Assembly (NCBI GenBank): GCA_963847445.1
Contig: CAWJZV010000045.1
Coordinates: 128,001 to 192,000, forward strand
Length of the DNA stretch: 64,000 bases
Source: an uncultured delta proteobacterium
GTDB lineage: Bacteria > Desulfobacterota > Binatia > UBA9968
Reading direction: 5' to 3'
The position numbers were made by a program, and so were the translations under genes. Positions 26,166 to 37,028 of the stretch are shown piece after piece (position 1 is the stretch's first letter; the number at the start of each line of letters is the position of its first letter). Below the pieces are notes generated by a model that made no database searches, was not told the origin of the DNA, and saw only the letters and a list, made by a program, of their open reading frames with translations.

Positions 26166-28994
26166 CTAATCCCTCTGGAAAACCGTCACAGCGTTGATAT
26201 CGGATGAGCCGACATAGATATGCTTTCCGCCCGGACTCACTACAACTGCGAAGGCACCGTCGAGCCCCTTGCCGTCGGTACAGCCCCCGCCCGTGCCGTC
26301 GTCGCTCACACAGCCGGCAATGCCGCCGAGCTGAGTCAATTCACCAGTTGTCGGGTTGCGTGAAAATACCGCCACAGCGTCGCTGACGTTCGACGCCACA
26401 TAAACATGCCTACTGTCCGGAGTCACGGCTACAGAGCTGGCACCGGCAAGCCCGTTACCATCGGCACAACTCCCCCCCGTGCCGTCTTCGCTCACGCAGC
26501 CGGCAATGCCGCTGAGCTGAGTCAATTCACCAGTCGTCGGGTTGCGTGAAAATACCGCCACAGCGTTGCTGACGCTCGACGCCACATAAACATGCCTACT
26601 GTTCGGACTCACCGCCACAGAGCTGGCACCGATAAGCCCGTTACCATCGGCACAGTTCCCCCCCGTGCCGTCCTCGCTCACACAGCCGGCAATGCCGCTG
26701 AGCTGAGTCAATTCACCAGTCGTCGGGTTGCGCGAAAATACCGCGATGGCGTTGCTGATGCTCGACGCCACATAAACATGCCTACTGTTCGGACTCACCG
26801 CCACGGAGCTGGCACCGATAAGCCCGTTACCATCGGCACAGGTCCCCCCCGTGCCGTCCTCACTCACACAGCCGGCAATGCCGCTGAGCTGAGTCAATTC
26901 ACCAGTCGTCGGGTTGCGCGAAAATACCGCGATGGCGTTGCTGACGCTCGACGCCACATAAACATGCCTACTGTTCGGACTCACCGCCACAGAGCTGGCA
27001 CCGATAAGCCCGTTACCATCAGCACAGGTCCCGCCGGTGCCGTCGTCGCTCACACAGCCGGCAATGCCGCTGAGCTGAGTCAATTCTCCAGTCGTCGCAT
27101 TGCGCGAAAATGCCGCGATGGCGTTGCTACCAGCCGATGCCACATAGACATGCCGGCCGTCTGGACTCACCGCCGCAGATCTGGGGTCATCCAGCGCTTT
27201 GCCGTCTTCACAGTCAACTCCATCACCAACGTCGGCCACGCAGCCTGCGGGTGCGTCAAGCTGGGTTAGTGCTCCGGTTGTGGCATTGCGCGAAAATACC
27301 GCCAGTGCGGAGCTGCCAGAAGAGGCCACATAGAAATGCTTCCCATCGCGGCTGACGCTCAGCCCTACCGGGCCGATAAATGGTTGCTGTCTACGCAAGG
27401 GCCGTCACCGCTGTCACTCATGCAGTCCGGCCCGTTCAGCTGTGTCAGCACTCCCGTCGTCGGACTCCGGGAAAATTCCGCCACTGCGTTGCGTACCGGA
27501 AGAGGCCACGTAAGCATGTTTGCCGTCGGGACTCAGAGCCATATATCTGTTAGCAACAATTCCCTTGCCGTCAGCGCAGGTACCGCCGGTGCCATCCTCG
27601 CTCACACAGCCGGCAATGCCGCTGAGCTGAGTCAATTCGCCAGTGGTCGGGTTGCGCGAAAATACCGCCACCGCGTCGCCTCCCGACGCCACGTAGACAT
27701 GCCGACCGTCCCGGCTTAGGGCCACGGAAATGGCACCGATAAGTCCTTTGCCATCAGCACAGGTACCGCCGGTGCCATCCTCGCTCACACAGCCGGCAAT
27801 GCCGCTGAGCTGAGTCAATTCTCCAGTCGTCGCGTTGCGTGAAAATACCGCCACGGCGTTGCTGAGTTCTGATGCCACGTAGACATGCCGACCGTCCCGG
27901 CTTAGGGCGACGGATCTGACGCGGCTCAGCCCCTTGCCGTCAGCACAGGTGCCGCCTGTGCCGTCCTCGCTCACGCAGCCGGCAGTCCCGCTGAGTTGAG
28001 TCAGCGCTCCCGTCGTCGGGTTGCGTGAAAACACCGCCACCATGTTGTTGTCCAATGACCCCATATAGACGTGCCTGCCGTCCGGGCTCACTGCCACAGT
28101 CATAGCCCCAATAAGCCCTCCTCTGCCGACAGCACAGGTACCGCCTGTGCCGTCGTGGCTCACGCAGCCGGCAAGGCCGCTAAGCTGAGTCAGCTCTCCA
28201 GTCATTGCGTTGCGTGAAAACACTGCCACCGCTCCGCTGACCCGAGATGCCACATAGAGATTTTTCCCGTCCGGGCTCACCGCCGCAGATTCGCCACCTG
28301 ATAGTCCTCTACCGATGGCACAGGCCCCCCCCGTGCCGTCCTCGCTCACGCAGCCGGCAACCCCGCTAAGTTGCGTTAGCGCCCCGGTCATACGGTCGCG
28401 GGCAAATACCACCACCGAATTGGCCGTGTCGGTTACCGCGTAAACATGTTTGCCGTCCGGACTTACTGTCACAAATTCTGGAGTCACGAGTGCTCGACCA
28501 TCGCCACAGCTTCCCCCCGTACCGTCCTCACTCACGCAGCCTGTCACGTCACTCGATTGCACCAACTTACCCGTTGCTATATCGCGAGAAAACACCGCCA
28601 CTGCATTGCTAAAGTAGGAAGCCACATAAACATGTCTCCCGTCGGGGCTAACTGTTACAGTTTCGGGATACAATAGCGCCCTACCGTCGGCGCAGGTACC
28701 CCCCGTACCGTCTTCACTCACGCAGCCGGCGGTTCCTGGAGGTTGGATCAAAGCTCCCGTGGTCGCTGCCATTCCCGGAGCAACCAGGAAAGATACCAAT
28801 GTTACCGTAACCGCCATCACGACAATCTGAATTCCAGCGCTTGCGAACCAATATTCTTTCAATGTAAAGCTTCCCCGGTGTTTGGTATTTGGTATTCGTC
28901 CAAAGTTCTGCATTCCTGGTCCCCTGTTTGCCTTAAAGTCGTTGATGATGTCTAGATCGCCGTTCCTTTTGACACTTAACGTTTTTGTCTGCAA
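26166..28994 (-). CDS. Lactonase-like beta-propeller repeat protein, 14 repeats (frameshifts near 27380 and 27490)
   Basis: About 62-aa repeat TGxLTQL..AGCVSEDGTGGxCADG..L.....AVSPDGRHVYVAS..SNAVAVFSRN; hydrophobic segment before repeat 1; start codon uncertain. Confidence 0.85.
26260..27150 (-). repeat. Near-identical 186-bp intragenic tandem repeats
   Basis: GCCGGCAATGCCGCTGAGCTGAGTCAATT recurs at 186-nt spacing. Confidence 0.9.
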
Positions 28995-29380
28995 GAAGTC
29001 ATTAGGGGCAGACGCTATTCGTGAACCCCTATGTCTTGTTCATCGATCACCACCGTGACATTGTTGTTCGAGTGCAGCTCGGCTCCGTATAGTTTCATCT
29101 CGGTATCCTCCTTCGACCATTAAATTTGATCGCTCTAACTTACGGCCTCCTCGAGAAACCGGATTGATGATTATCAAATGTTTGTAAAACCAATGCCGCA
29201 ACATCGTTGATATTCATGGGACCTCGTTTCCACCGGTAATGCCTATCCACATTACGGGACGGCTAACCGGTGCGGAAGTTGTGCGATCAACCAGTCACGT
29301 AACTGGCATAGAGCAAGGCGTGGACCGATGCATAAAATGGTTACAACTGATGAACCATTCTGTGATTTTACACTATCAAA

Positions 29381-29472
29381 GCCCCCTATGAGGGAAGGAT
29401 GGGCCTAAAAGGCCTGAAAATTATTTGCCCGCTATGAGAGCAGGCTGGGCCTAAAAAGCCTGAAGATTATTT
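29381..29472. repeat. 46-bp tandem duplication
   Basis: GCCCCCTATGAGGGAAGGATGGGCCTAAAAGGCCTGAAAATTATTT followed by a copy with 6 mismatches. Confidence 0.85.
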
Positions 29473-29544
29473 AACCATCTAGAAACCTAGCGTTCATGCC
29501 TGATCGTGCATGTAGACGGTTAGAATCGCGGGCGAGGTGTGTCG

Positions 29545-29880
29545 CGGTATCGCTGGCGCTGTCATGCGCACTGTTTTGAGGGGGAATCGTTATTATTCTG
29601 ATGATCGATACGCCGAAGCGAATCTGACCAAATGGATGAGGCGATTGAACGGAGAGTTCACCACCTAGTTCAACCGCCGCCATCTACGTCGCCGCCGTCT
29701 ATTCCAGGGCCGCCACAAAGCGACCCTGGTCGAACGGGACGCTTATATCTTAGAACTTTGCCCGCTGCTTTTTGTCCTCAATCCAGTCTGGGCCGCCACG
29801 GTCAAACTCCCCGGCTGTGGGCGTGGAGAAGTTACCGGGCGACGATAGGAACGACTGCGGCAACCGGCGCGGGCAACCAG
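29545..29880 (+). pseudogene. Remnant of an IS200/RAYT-type (Y1 HUH) tyrosine transposase
   Basis: Fragments WRCHAHC, LMIDTP, LTKWMRRLNGEFT*FNRRH, LFQGRHKATLVERDAYILELC, LNPV, WAWRSYRATIG; stops and indels. Confidence 0.75.
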
Positions 29881-29978
29881 GAGCGGTCTGGCCAGAAAGT
29901 AGAACGAAGTAGCTTCTCGTGCGTTATTAATTGACCTGATGTTGAAATCTCTGTGACCCGGTAATCTGCTCCCTGTAG

Positions 29979-30539
29979 TCAGCCCGGAGGAATCTTCTCG
30001 ATCAGCTTCCCATTGATGAAAAGTTCATAGCCTTTCAAACTCAATTCATAACCGCGCGGCGGGTGGTCGGACATGTCGCTGACGACTAGGTCTAGGATCA
30101 GCAGCGTCTCGGTCTTGGGCCGGACTTCGTAGGCGAGTTTGAATGGGCCAATGGTGTTTTTGACCGGGGCTTTGCGTTGGGTTTTTTTCAACACGCCGGC
30201 GGTATTCTTAATTTTCAAATGAAAGGCATCGAAGGCGCCGGCGTCTATTGGCGCGCGAAATACTTGGGCGGTTTTCTTGCCGACGTACTTGGTTAGATCG
30301 ACCGGCTCTGAAGTGACGGCGAGGTCTTTCCAGCCGGTCTGCCAGAACTTCAGACCGGGTTTTGGGCTGACGGCGATTTTATCGATGGTGACAATGAGTT
30401 TGTCAAAATCGCCGATGGCGTCGCGGTGGTCTTTGATTTGGACTTCCAGGATACCTTGTTCACGCTCGGCGGCGGGCGCGTGAGTCGATGCGCCGACGAT
30501 CAACAACAATGCGATTAGGATTTTTCCGATTCGAGCCAT
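29979..30539 (-). CDS. Exported DUF4382-like protein
   Basis: Signal peptide; GILEVQIKDHRDAIGDFDKLIVTIDKI...VDLTKY...LILDL...DHPP. Confidence 0.6.
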   Translation of the reverse strand: MARIGKILIALLLIVGASTHAPAAEREQGILEVQIKDHRDAIGDFDKLIVTIDKIAVSPKPGLKFWQTGWKDLAVTSEPVDLTKYVGKKTAQVFRAPIDAGAFDAFHLKIKNTAGVLKKTQRKAPVKNTIGPFKLAYEVRPKTETLLILDLVVSDMSDHPPRGYELSLKGYELFINGKLIEKIPPG

Positions 30540-31106
30540 TTGATGTCTTTCAGGACTTCTTTGACGAGCCACTTGTCGCCGTAGTAGTCGACGCGTCGGA
30601 TGCCCTTGGCATCGATCAGCGTTGTTAGGTTGGTGTGCTGGATCTGGCCGTTGCCGTGGTCTTTGACGTTGACGCCGAAATTTTTCCAGACTTCGGCGAG
30701 ATCATTTTGCGAGCCGGTGAGGAAGTGCCAGTGCTTCACATCGGCCTTGAATGCTTCGCGCATAGGCCTTCATCTTCGCCGGCGTGTCGCGTTTGGGGTC
30801 GGTGCTGATGCTGAGCAGTAAATAATTCTCGCGCTTCTCTTCGTCGAGGGCGCGCTGAATCGCCGCGAAGTGGGCGCTGAACAGCGGGCAGACATCCGGG
30901 CAGGTGGTGTAGACGAAAGTGACCAGGACAACTTTGCCGCTCGCCGGGTTGAAGTTAATCTTTTTGCCGGCTTGATCGATCAGCGTGAAGCTCGGCGCGG
31001 CGACGTTGGTCTCGCGCCGGCCGATCTCGCCTTTCTTGGGCGGGATGGGAATATGCGCGTGCAGCTCGGTGATCAACAAACTCAGCGCTAAGCAGTACTG
31101 CGCCAA
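30515..31106 (-). CDS. SCO1/SenC family protein (frameshifted)
   Basis: FVYTTCPDVCP, ISTDPKRDTP, WHFLTG, IQHTNLT. Confidence 0.9.
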
Positions 31107-31114
31107 GTACGAAT

Positions 31115-32003
31115 CTACTTTTCGACTTGGAAGTCATAGGTGACCTTGACTTGCTTGGACCCGTCGGGCAGATCGCCGCGGACCATGTAGGTCGACGAGA
31201 ACTCTCGGTCTTCGCCCGGCTTCAGTTTGACCGGCAGGAGCAAGGCGCACTCGACTAGATCGAGATGTTGGCGCAGTTCTTGGGGCTCGACGCGGTGCAC
31301 GATGCGGGTGGCGATGGTTTCTTGAGAGAGCGTTGCGCACGCGGTAGGCGATGGTGAAGAGCTCGTTGGCGCGCACGCTGGTCTCGCGGTTGAGCGGCGT
31401 GGCTTCGATGGCTTCATTTTGCGGCACGGTGGCGTCGTATTGCACGCGCAGTCCGGCGGCCCAGTCGAACAAGACGCGCCACAGGCCGTTTTCCTTGACC
31501 AGCGTCAGTTCTTCTTCGCCTTCGATGAACTTCAATTTGCCGGCGCGGCGCAGATCGTCGAGGGTGGTGAGGATCTCTTTCTGCTTCTGCACCGGCAGAG
31601 CGTTGAGTTTGTCTTGGTCCCAATCGAGTAACAGTGCCGATAGGCTGTTAGCGTCGGGCAACTTGATATTGAATTTGACTTTGGTTGTCGCGTCGTTTTC
31701 CGTTGCGCCTATCTGACGGACTTCGATCAGCTCGGCGAGCTTTCCAGCCACCGTCAATGTGAAGCCGCTAAACGGTCCCTTCTCCTGGATATAGAGATCC
31801 TCGGACTTGATCAGCCGGTCGCGATTGGAGATCAGCCGATAGGCTTTTTTGTGATCGTGGGCGTATGCGCTCTTGAGATAGTTGTTGATCGTGCGTACCG
31901 GTCCGGACTGACCGCCGTTGTTGGGCGCCGAGAGTAAATAATAAGGCGGCAGCACCAGCAGGATGGCGGCGGCCGCGGACCAGATTAGATTGGCAATTTT
32001 CAT
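31115..32003 (-). CDS. Membrane-anchored protein with a C-terminal Cox11/CtaG-like domain (paralog 3)
   Basis: IVHRVEP...LDLVECALLLPVKLKPGEDREF...DLPDG...VTYDF resembles the Cox11 C-terminus; frameshift near 31325. Confidence 0.65.
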
Positions 32004-32918
32004 GGTTTTGCAGAGTCAAGCGGTGACACGCTCACTGCGTAAGTGACGCTGAGCTGGCGCACTTGGTCGGGCAGCGTGCCGCGCAATAGATAAGTCGTGA
32101 CGAACTCTTCTTCCTTGCCGGGTTGCAAGCGCAGCGGCAGGATGAAACCACAGTCGACCAGATCGAGATAGTCGCGCAGCTCTGGCGGTTCGATCAGAGT
32201 GGCCGATACGGGTCGAAAGAGTCTGTTTACCGGTGTTGGTGATTTTCATCGCGACGCGAAAAACTTGTCCGGGCCGGGAGGTCACTTCGCTCTGGGCAAT
32301 CCTGATTGCCACCGGCGCTGACGCCGGGATCGCCGGCTGAAAGGTCAACTTGACGCCGGCCGCCCAGTTCAGAAAGAGTTTCCAGCCGCCGGCTTCTTTG
32401 ACCAGGTTGAAGGTCTCCTCGCCGGCCACCATGGCGATTTTTTTGTCGCGCCGTTGGCGGTCGATGGTGTCCAACAGCGTTTTGCGTTCACTGGCGGATA
32501 GTCTTTCCAGCCGCTCGCTCTCCCAATCGAGCATCAATGGGTTCAGTTTCGTCGCATCCGGCACGTTGGCGGTGACTTTCACCGTGCCGCGCTCCCCGTC
32601 GACGCGCAGTTCCACAACGCGAACGCTAACGCTCTGCGCCACGGCTCGCGCCGCTTCCAGGGTAAAATCGCGAAACTCGCCGCGCTCCCGATTGTAACTA
32701 TGCACATCCTTTAGACGTTGGTCGGCGCTGGAAATTTGCTCGTAGGCGGCGCGAAAATCGCGGGCGTAAAGCGCCTTCACATAGTTTTCGATTACCGTAG
32801 TGATTTCCTGGCGCTCATCCGCCTTGGCGAACTCGGCCAACAATGCCATCGACACCATGGCGCCGAGGAACATGGCAGGGGACAGGAGTCGGCGCGACGA
32901 CGAAAGTAGTCTCTTCAT
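32000..32918 (-). CDS. Cox11/CtaG-like domain protein (paralog 2)
   Basis: Same N-domain; RIGH..PPELRDYLDLVDCGFILPLRLQPGKEEEF...LSVTY after a frameshift near 32195. Confidence 0.65.
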
Positions 32919-32963
32919 GGAACCGGGCAGTGAAACCGTGGATCTAGCAATCGGGATGAGAAG

Positions 32964-33551
32964 TCATCGGCTCTTGGCCGGGATCGTCCAGAGATACAGG
33001 GTTCGGCCATCAACTCGCTCGGTGCGATCGGGTTTCCAATCGCCCATGTCGAAGGCGTGGGAGACTACCCGGGAGCCGGGTTTGAGCTGGCTCAGCAGGT
33101 TGGGTTTCAATTTCAAATTGACGTCCGGCAGCAAATACATCGTGACTACCGACGCTGCCGACAAATCGACGGTGAGAATATCTTGCTGGCGAATCTCGGC
33201 CTGCTCCTGGACGCCGGCTTTGCGAATGTTGTCGCGCGACTGTTTGACCAGATCGCCGTCGATCTCAAAGCCGACAGCCTTGGCGCCTTTTTTCGCGGCG
33301 GTGATGACGATGCGGCCGTCGCCGGAACCGAGATCGTAGACGACATCGCCTTTTTTGACGCCGGCGAGCTCGATCATCTTATCGACGACCTCCTGCGGTG
33401 TCGGCACGAAGGGGACGATCTTTTTGTTTTCGAAGATGGTGTCTTGGGCAACCGCGATGGCGTATTGCGAGTCCTGCGCGATGACGGCGAAAGTCGATAG
33501 AACGAGCAATCCCAAGCCGATGCAGGCTTTGCTAAACATTCGACGCTTCAT
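32964..33551 (-). CDS. Class I SAM-dependent methyltransferase with N-terminal signal peptide
   Basis: VPFVPTP, YDLGSGDGRIV, YLLPDVNLKL, RVVSHAFDMGDW. Confidence 0.9.
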   Translation of the reverse strand: MKRRMFSKACIGLGLLVLSTFAVIAQDSQYAIAVAQDTIFENKKIVPFVPTPQEVVDKMIELAGVKKGDVVYDLGSGDGRIVITAAKKGAKAVGFEIDGDLVKQSRDNIRKAGVQEQAEIRQQDILTVDLSAASVVTMYLLPDVNLKLKPNLLSQLKPGSRVVSHAFDMGDWKPDRTERVDGRTLYLWTIPAKSR

Positions 33552-33633
33552 GGAATCTTTCTCCTCTTCAAAGAATCGTTGCTAAGCAATTAACCATAAA
33601 ATATTTACCGTAGCCAGTACGGACCCGGCCGGT

Positions 33634-34580
33634 CTATTGGAGCTTGAATTCGTAAGTTAATTTGACCTCGCGATGCGTCTTCGCCCGCTGTGGCGTCGAG
33701 CAGGTACGCCATGGCAAATTCTTTTTCCTGCTGTGGACTCGAGCGTCGTCGGCGTCAGCAAGCCGCACTCGACGAGCTGCAGATCATCGGCGATTGCCGG
33801 CGGTTCCAGCAAATGGCGGACGGTAAATGTCACAGCGTGCGCGCTGGGATTCTTGATCTTGACATTGACCAGAAACAGCTCGTCGCTTTTGGCCATCACT
33901 TCCGCTGTGGCGAAGCGCACTTCCAGTTTGTTGCCGTCGGATACGTTTGCTCTGCAGCAGCACGCGCGTGCCGGCAGCCCAATCGAGGAAGATCTTCCAG
34001 CCTTCGGGTTCTTCGACGAGTTCGATGGTTTCTTGGCCCTCGATGTTGAGTAGCTTGCCGGCTCTTGTTGCGGGCGTCGAGTTCGGCCAGAAGTTCTTTT
34101 TGCTTCTCCTTGGAAAGGCTATTCAACCGGTCCTGATCCCAATTCAACAACAAATCATTGAGTTCCGCCGGCGCGGGTACGCGGTAACCGACCTTGATAA
34201 CCAGCCGTCCGCCGCTTTCTTTCTGTTCGATTAGCCAGACTTTCATGAAGCCGGCGAGTTGCTGAGCCACCTCGAGTGTGAAGCCGCTGTAGCCACCTTG
34301 GCTATCGACATAATTCTGGCGGTGCGCACCTGCCGGTCCGCAGAAGAAAGATAGTCGTATGCTACGGCGAAGTTACGCGCGTAGGTCGCGCGCAGGTATG
34401 CGTCCAAGGTTGCGCGAGGCCGGTCCGCTTCGATGCTTGTTTGCTGGATAAGAAAGTAAGCGACAATGGCCAAACCGAGGATCAATAAGGCAGTGAATAT
34501 GAGTTTGCCGCTATAGCATCGCTAATTAATCGACCAGCGGGATTTCTTATCGCTCCGCCGTTTGATGAATCAAACCGCAT
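33634..34580 (-). CDS. Cox11/CtaG-like domain protein (paralog 1; several frameshifts)
   Basis: YLRATYARNFAVAYDYLSSADR, LLLNWDQDRLNSL, VRHLLEP...LVECGLL...VKLTYEF. Confidence 0.62.
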
Positions 34581-35150
34581 TCAGCGCTGAATGCCAACCT
34601 TCTTGACCGCCTCTTTAGCGCGCTCCGATGTGATCGGCCCAATGACGATGTCACGGATGATGCCTTGGCGGTCAATAAAAAATGTCGCCGGCGGTCCGAA
34701 GATGCGATAGGCCCGTTTCACGGTGCTGTTCAGATCGAGGGCGATGGGAAAGACCAGCTTGGCCTCTTTGGCGTATTCGCTGACCGCGGCGCGGCTGTCT
34801 TCGACGGCGATGCCGAGCACCTGATAGTTGCCGGCGGCCTTCGCTGACAGTTCGTTGATGAGCGGCATTTCGTCGCGGCAGGGATCGCACCAGCTGGCAA
34901 AGAAATTAATCACCAGCGGCTTGCCGCGAAAGCTTTCCAGTCCTGCCGCTTTACCGTCCAGGGTTTTCAAATCGAAAGCGATAGCGGCGGCGCCAACCAC
35001 GGGCGCCGAGCTTGGCGGTGCCGGATGCACATGCTGCGCCCAAAGGCTATGTGCCTGTCAAGGCAAGGCTAAAGCAACGCTCGCGGTCAGTGGGCCGAAG
35101 CGCGCAGCTGCCCGTGAGTCAGTAATTCGCTTGCGTCGTGAAGTCTTCAT
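34581..35150 (-). CDS. TlpA/ResA-like thiol-disulfide oxidoreductase
   Basis: VINFFASWCDPCRDEMP, GPPATFFID; a TGA in the signal region is probably an error. Confidence 0.9.
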
Positions 35151-36476
35151 TGTCCCACCGTCGCGCTTCGAAAAACCACTCTTGAGTCTTCGCCGTCGGT
35201 TTCCGTCCAAGCGACATGCAGTTGATTATTCCTAAGCGCCAGCGTCGCGCGGCTGGCGTTGCCTTTGCTGTTGCTGATTTGCTGGATCGGACTCCAGCTC
35301 CGGCCGTTGGCAGCGAGCGTGCGCATGTAGATTTGCGATCGGTTGTTGGTGTCGAGATTGCTCCAGGCGAAATAGATCTGTGTCGTCAGCGCCAACCACG
35401 AGATTATTATAGAGTGTTTCCGGCGCGGTGTTGCGGTGGATCAGGGTGCGCGGCGCGAAGCTTTTGCCGCCGTCTGTCGACACGCTGTAGTAAATGCCGG
35501 CCTCTGGTTCAGAGCGGCCCTGGGTGAACCAGCTGACGTGCAGATGGCCGCGCCGGTCTCGGCCGATGCTCGGGCCGGAGTGCGGGCAAGAGGGGACTTG
35601 CCAGCCGTCGTTGCTGATTTCCACCGGCGCGCCAAAGGTAGCGCCGCCGTCTAGCGACTTGCGCAACACATGGTTGCGAATCTTGTTGGCGTCGACTTCG
35701 CGATCGACCATATAAACCGTCTTGCCACCATCGGCAAAGTTGATGCCCAACTTGCAACATTCGCACAGGCCTTCGCCGACTTGATAATTCTTCGTCAGCG
35801 CTTGGCCGCGGGAATCGATCTTCATTAGATACAACTGGCGCGGTTTCGGACCGTCGATGCGGCGGTCGATCCAGGCGATCAATAGATTGCCATCGGGCAT
35901 GGTTTCGATGATCGGGAAGCGGCCAGCGTCTTGCACTTCGTTCACCGTGCGCGCCGCTGTGAAGCCGCCTTTGCCGTCTTCCATGGCAAAGCGAATGTTG
36001 GCGCGGGTCTTGTCGCCTTTGACTCCGGGAATCGACCAGACGACGAAAGCTTTATTGTCCGGCGTGAAGGCGACTTTCGGCCCGTTTTCTTCGCCTTGGA
36101 CGGCTTCGACAGTGTTGTTCAAACGCTTCGGCGCCGACCACGACTTGCCGCCGTCCTTCGACCAAGCGATCATCGCGTTGCGCATCGGCGAAGGGGCGCG
36201 GTCGCCACTCATCCGTTGGTGGCCAGTATGGCTGCCCTGCGGCCATGGAGTGTCGTGGTCTTCAGTCCAGACTGCGAACAGCCGACCATCGGGGCTGTAG
36301 CGTAAAAATGGCGTGGAGGGATTTTTCTCGCCATTGCCGAGCCGCCGCTCGGCGCCGAAGTTTAGCGATCTGGCGCCCTGGGTTGGAAAGGGCGCTTGCA
36401 AATCCGCACTACAGCCAAAAACCAATACAAAATACACCGCGAACCATGAGTGTGTGAAGCGAAGTTTCATAGCCAT
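35147..36476 (-). CDS. BNR/Asp-box (sialidase-fold) lipoprotein (frameshift near 35380)
   Basis: Lipobox VFGC; Asp-boxes SKDGGKSW, SLDGGATF, STDGGKSF; CECC and CPHSGP motifs. Confidence 0.82.
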
Positions 36477-36567
36477 CACCTGCAAATTCACCGCACCGCG
36501 TCGTGTGCGGGGCGATCGATCGTTACCAGTAGCCGAGATTTCTCGGCAAGAAAGTGAAAATGCCGGA

Positions 36568-36964
36568 TCAGGCAAGCGGCGGGGCGCGTTGCGAGCAGGG
36601 TGACAAGCTAAAGACCGATGCGGCTCGCCAGTTGTGGCTCCTGGCGTCGCTGGCTGACGGAACCGATGAGCGCTATTTCGAACGGCTGAACCGGCGCGGC
36701 GTGACTATGCTGCGCCACCGACAGGACGACGCAGTCACTGGCTTGAGAAGCAGGCGCTGGTTTTTGCTCATGATCATGCTGATGCTCGCCGCCATGATCG
36801 TGGGTGGCGGCATGGGCGACATGCGAATCTTCGTGCCGAGCCTGCCGTTCGAAGAAGTGGTGCACCCGGTGTGGCGCCGACGCGATGAGAAAAAACAAAA
36901 GCGCTAAAGCGCTGCCGAAGTGGAGCGCCCTTGTGAGAACTGCGATTTGGTTGCCGGCTTGCAT
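36568..36964 (-). CDS. His-rich DUF2946/CutF-like leader peptide ending in RAPP (1-nt indel near 36610)
   Basis: Hydrophobic N-terminus, PHRVHH...HDHGGEHQHDHE, DC; the shifted frame gives LSPCSQRAPPLA*. Confidence 0.7.
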
Positions 36965-37028
36965 TTCTCTGTGACGGTTATCCTAGTAAGTCGGCAACCG
37001 AAGTTCAAGGCGAAGCTTCGCGCACTGC

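Noticed and set aside
26260-28100. Regular DNA repeats that could suggest CRISPR or a DGR
   Set aside because: They are in-frame 186-bp coding repeats with no unique spacers, cas genes or reverse transcriptase.
35058-35060. In-frame TGA upstream of the TlpA domain
   Set aside because: It lies in the signal peptide, not at a redox Cys, and I see no convincing SECIS. Probably a base error.
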